From: Octopus sinensis
Taxonomy: Eukaryota
Direction of reading: 5' to 3'
NCBI RefSeq assembly: GCF_006345805.1
Contig: NW_021828609.1
Coordinates: forward strand, 1-7,796
DNA length: 7,796 nt
The notes below the pieces were generated by a model that saw nothing but the letters and a program-made list of their open reading frames with translations, was not told the origin of the DNA and made no database searches. Both the position numbers and the translations under genes were made by a program. Shown piece by piece: positions 7,205-7,796 of this stretch (position 1 is the stretch's first letter; every line of letters starts with the position of its first letter).

Positions 7205-7437
7205 AAGGCGGTGAGCTGGCAGAAACGTTAGCACGCCGGGCGAAATGCTTAGCGGCATTTCGTCTGCCGTTACGTTCTGAGTTCAAATTCCGCCGAGGTC
7301 GACTTTGTCTTTCATCCTTTCGGGGTCAATAAATTAAGTACCAGTTACGCACTGGAGTCGATGTAATCGACTTAATCCGTTTGTCTATCCTTGTTTGTCT
7401 TCTCTGTGATTATCCCCTTGTGGGTAGTAAAGAAATA
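7205..7437 (+). mobile_element. Family A SINE (A1), left monomer of a dimer
   Basis: Full head AAGGCGGTGAGCTGGCAGAAACGTTAGC through to GGGTAGTAAAGAAATA. Confidence 0.95.
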
Positions 7438-7624
7438 GGTATTTCTTCTGCCGCTACGTTCTGAGTTCAAATTCCACCGAGGTCGACTTTGCCTTTCATC
7501 CTTTCGGGGTCGATAAATTAAGTACCAGTTACGCACTGGGGGTCAATGTGATCGACTTAATCCCTTTGTCTGTCCTTGTTTGTTCCCTCATATGTTTAGC
7601 CCCTTGTGGGCAATAAAAAAAATA
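7438..7624 (+). mobile_element. Family A SINE (A2), 5'-truncated right monomer
   Basis: Begins at GGTATTTC, so it lacks the A-box but keeps the B-box. It ends GGGCAATAAAAAAAATA. Confidence 0.92.
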
Positions 7625-7796
7625 AGAATCGTTAGAGCACCGAAAATATTGCTTGGCAGTCTTTGCTCTGGGTCTTTACCTTCAGAGTTCAAAGCCCTCG
7701 GAGTCGATGGAATCGATTAATCTGCGTCCCTTTAAAATTGCAGGCCTTGTTCCTGGATCAAAAACAGATATTATTCCGATTCTTCGCCACTTTCAG

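Larger units (their letters stand above)
4855..7776 (+). repeat. Head-to-tail array of about 10 old family-B SINE units and fragments
   Basis: Recurring head AAGGCGGYGAACTGRCAGAA, body GCCTTTCATCCTTTCGGGGTCGATAAAATAAGTACCAG and tail GGCCTTGTGCC...AAACC/GATTATT, all on the + strand. Approximate units: 4855-4916, 4917-5149, 5717-5917, 5918-6095, 6110-6265, 6276-6481 with 6789-6802, 6812-6989, 6990-7070, 7072-7171, and 7174-7204 with 7625-7776. Confidence 0.85.

Noticed and set aside
4855-7776. Regularly recurring motifs as a CRISPR-like or true satellite array
   Set aside because: The context is eukaryotic, and the units are 60-230-bp diverged SINEs of irregular length, not identical repeats with unique spacers.

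Overview
Non-coding, repeat-saturated eukaryotic DNA. From recall, the repeats match octopus/cephalopod tRNA-derived SINE families; no database search was run. There is no intact protein-coding gene. Almost all listed ORFs are artefacts of microsatellites or SINEs; the exception is a disrupted mariner transposase remnant. The window holds compound microsatellites, about 20 SINE copies or fragments from at least six families (my labels: A, B, C, D, M, O), and one 554-bp internally deleted mariner with perfect 30-bp TIRs and a TA TSD. The most notable structures are four: (1) a head-to-tail, same-strand array of about 10 old family-B SINE units at about 4855-7776, later invaded by the mariner, an M SINE and an A-SINE heterodimer; (2) a 13-bp direct repeat suggesting a ~0.8-kb SINE-mediated 5' transduction; (3) clean TSDs showing nested insertions and tail/target microhomology; (4) a repeat-free island with an RFX X-box, an NRF1-like motif and an ETS motif within about 110 bp. 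Boundaries of the degenerate units are approximate.
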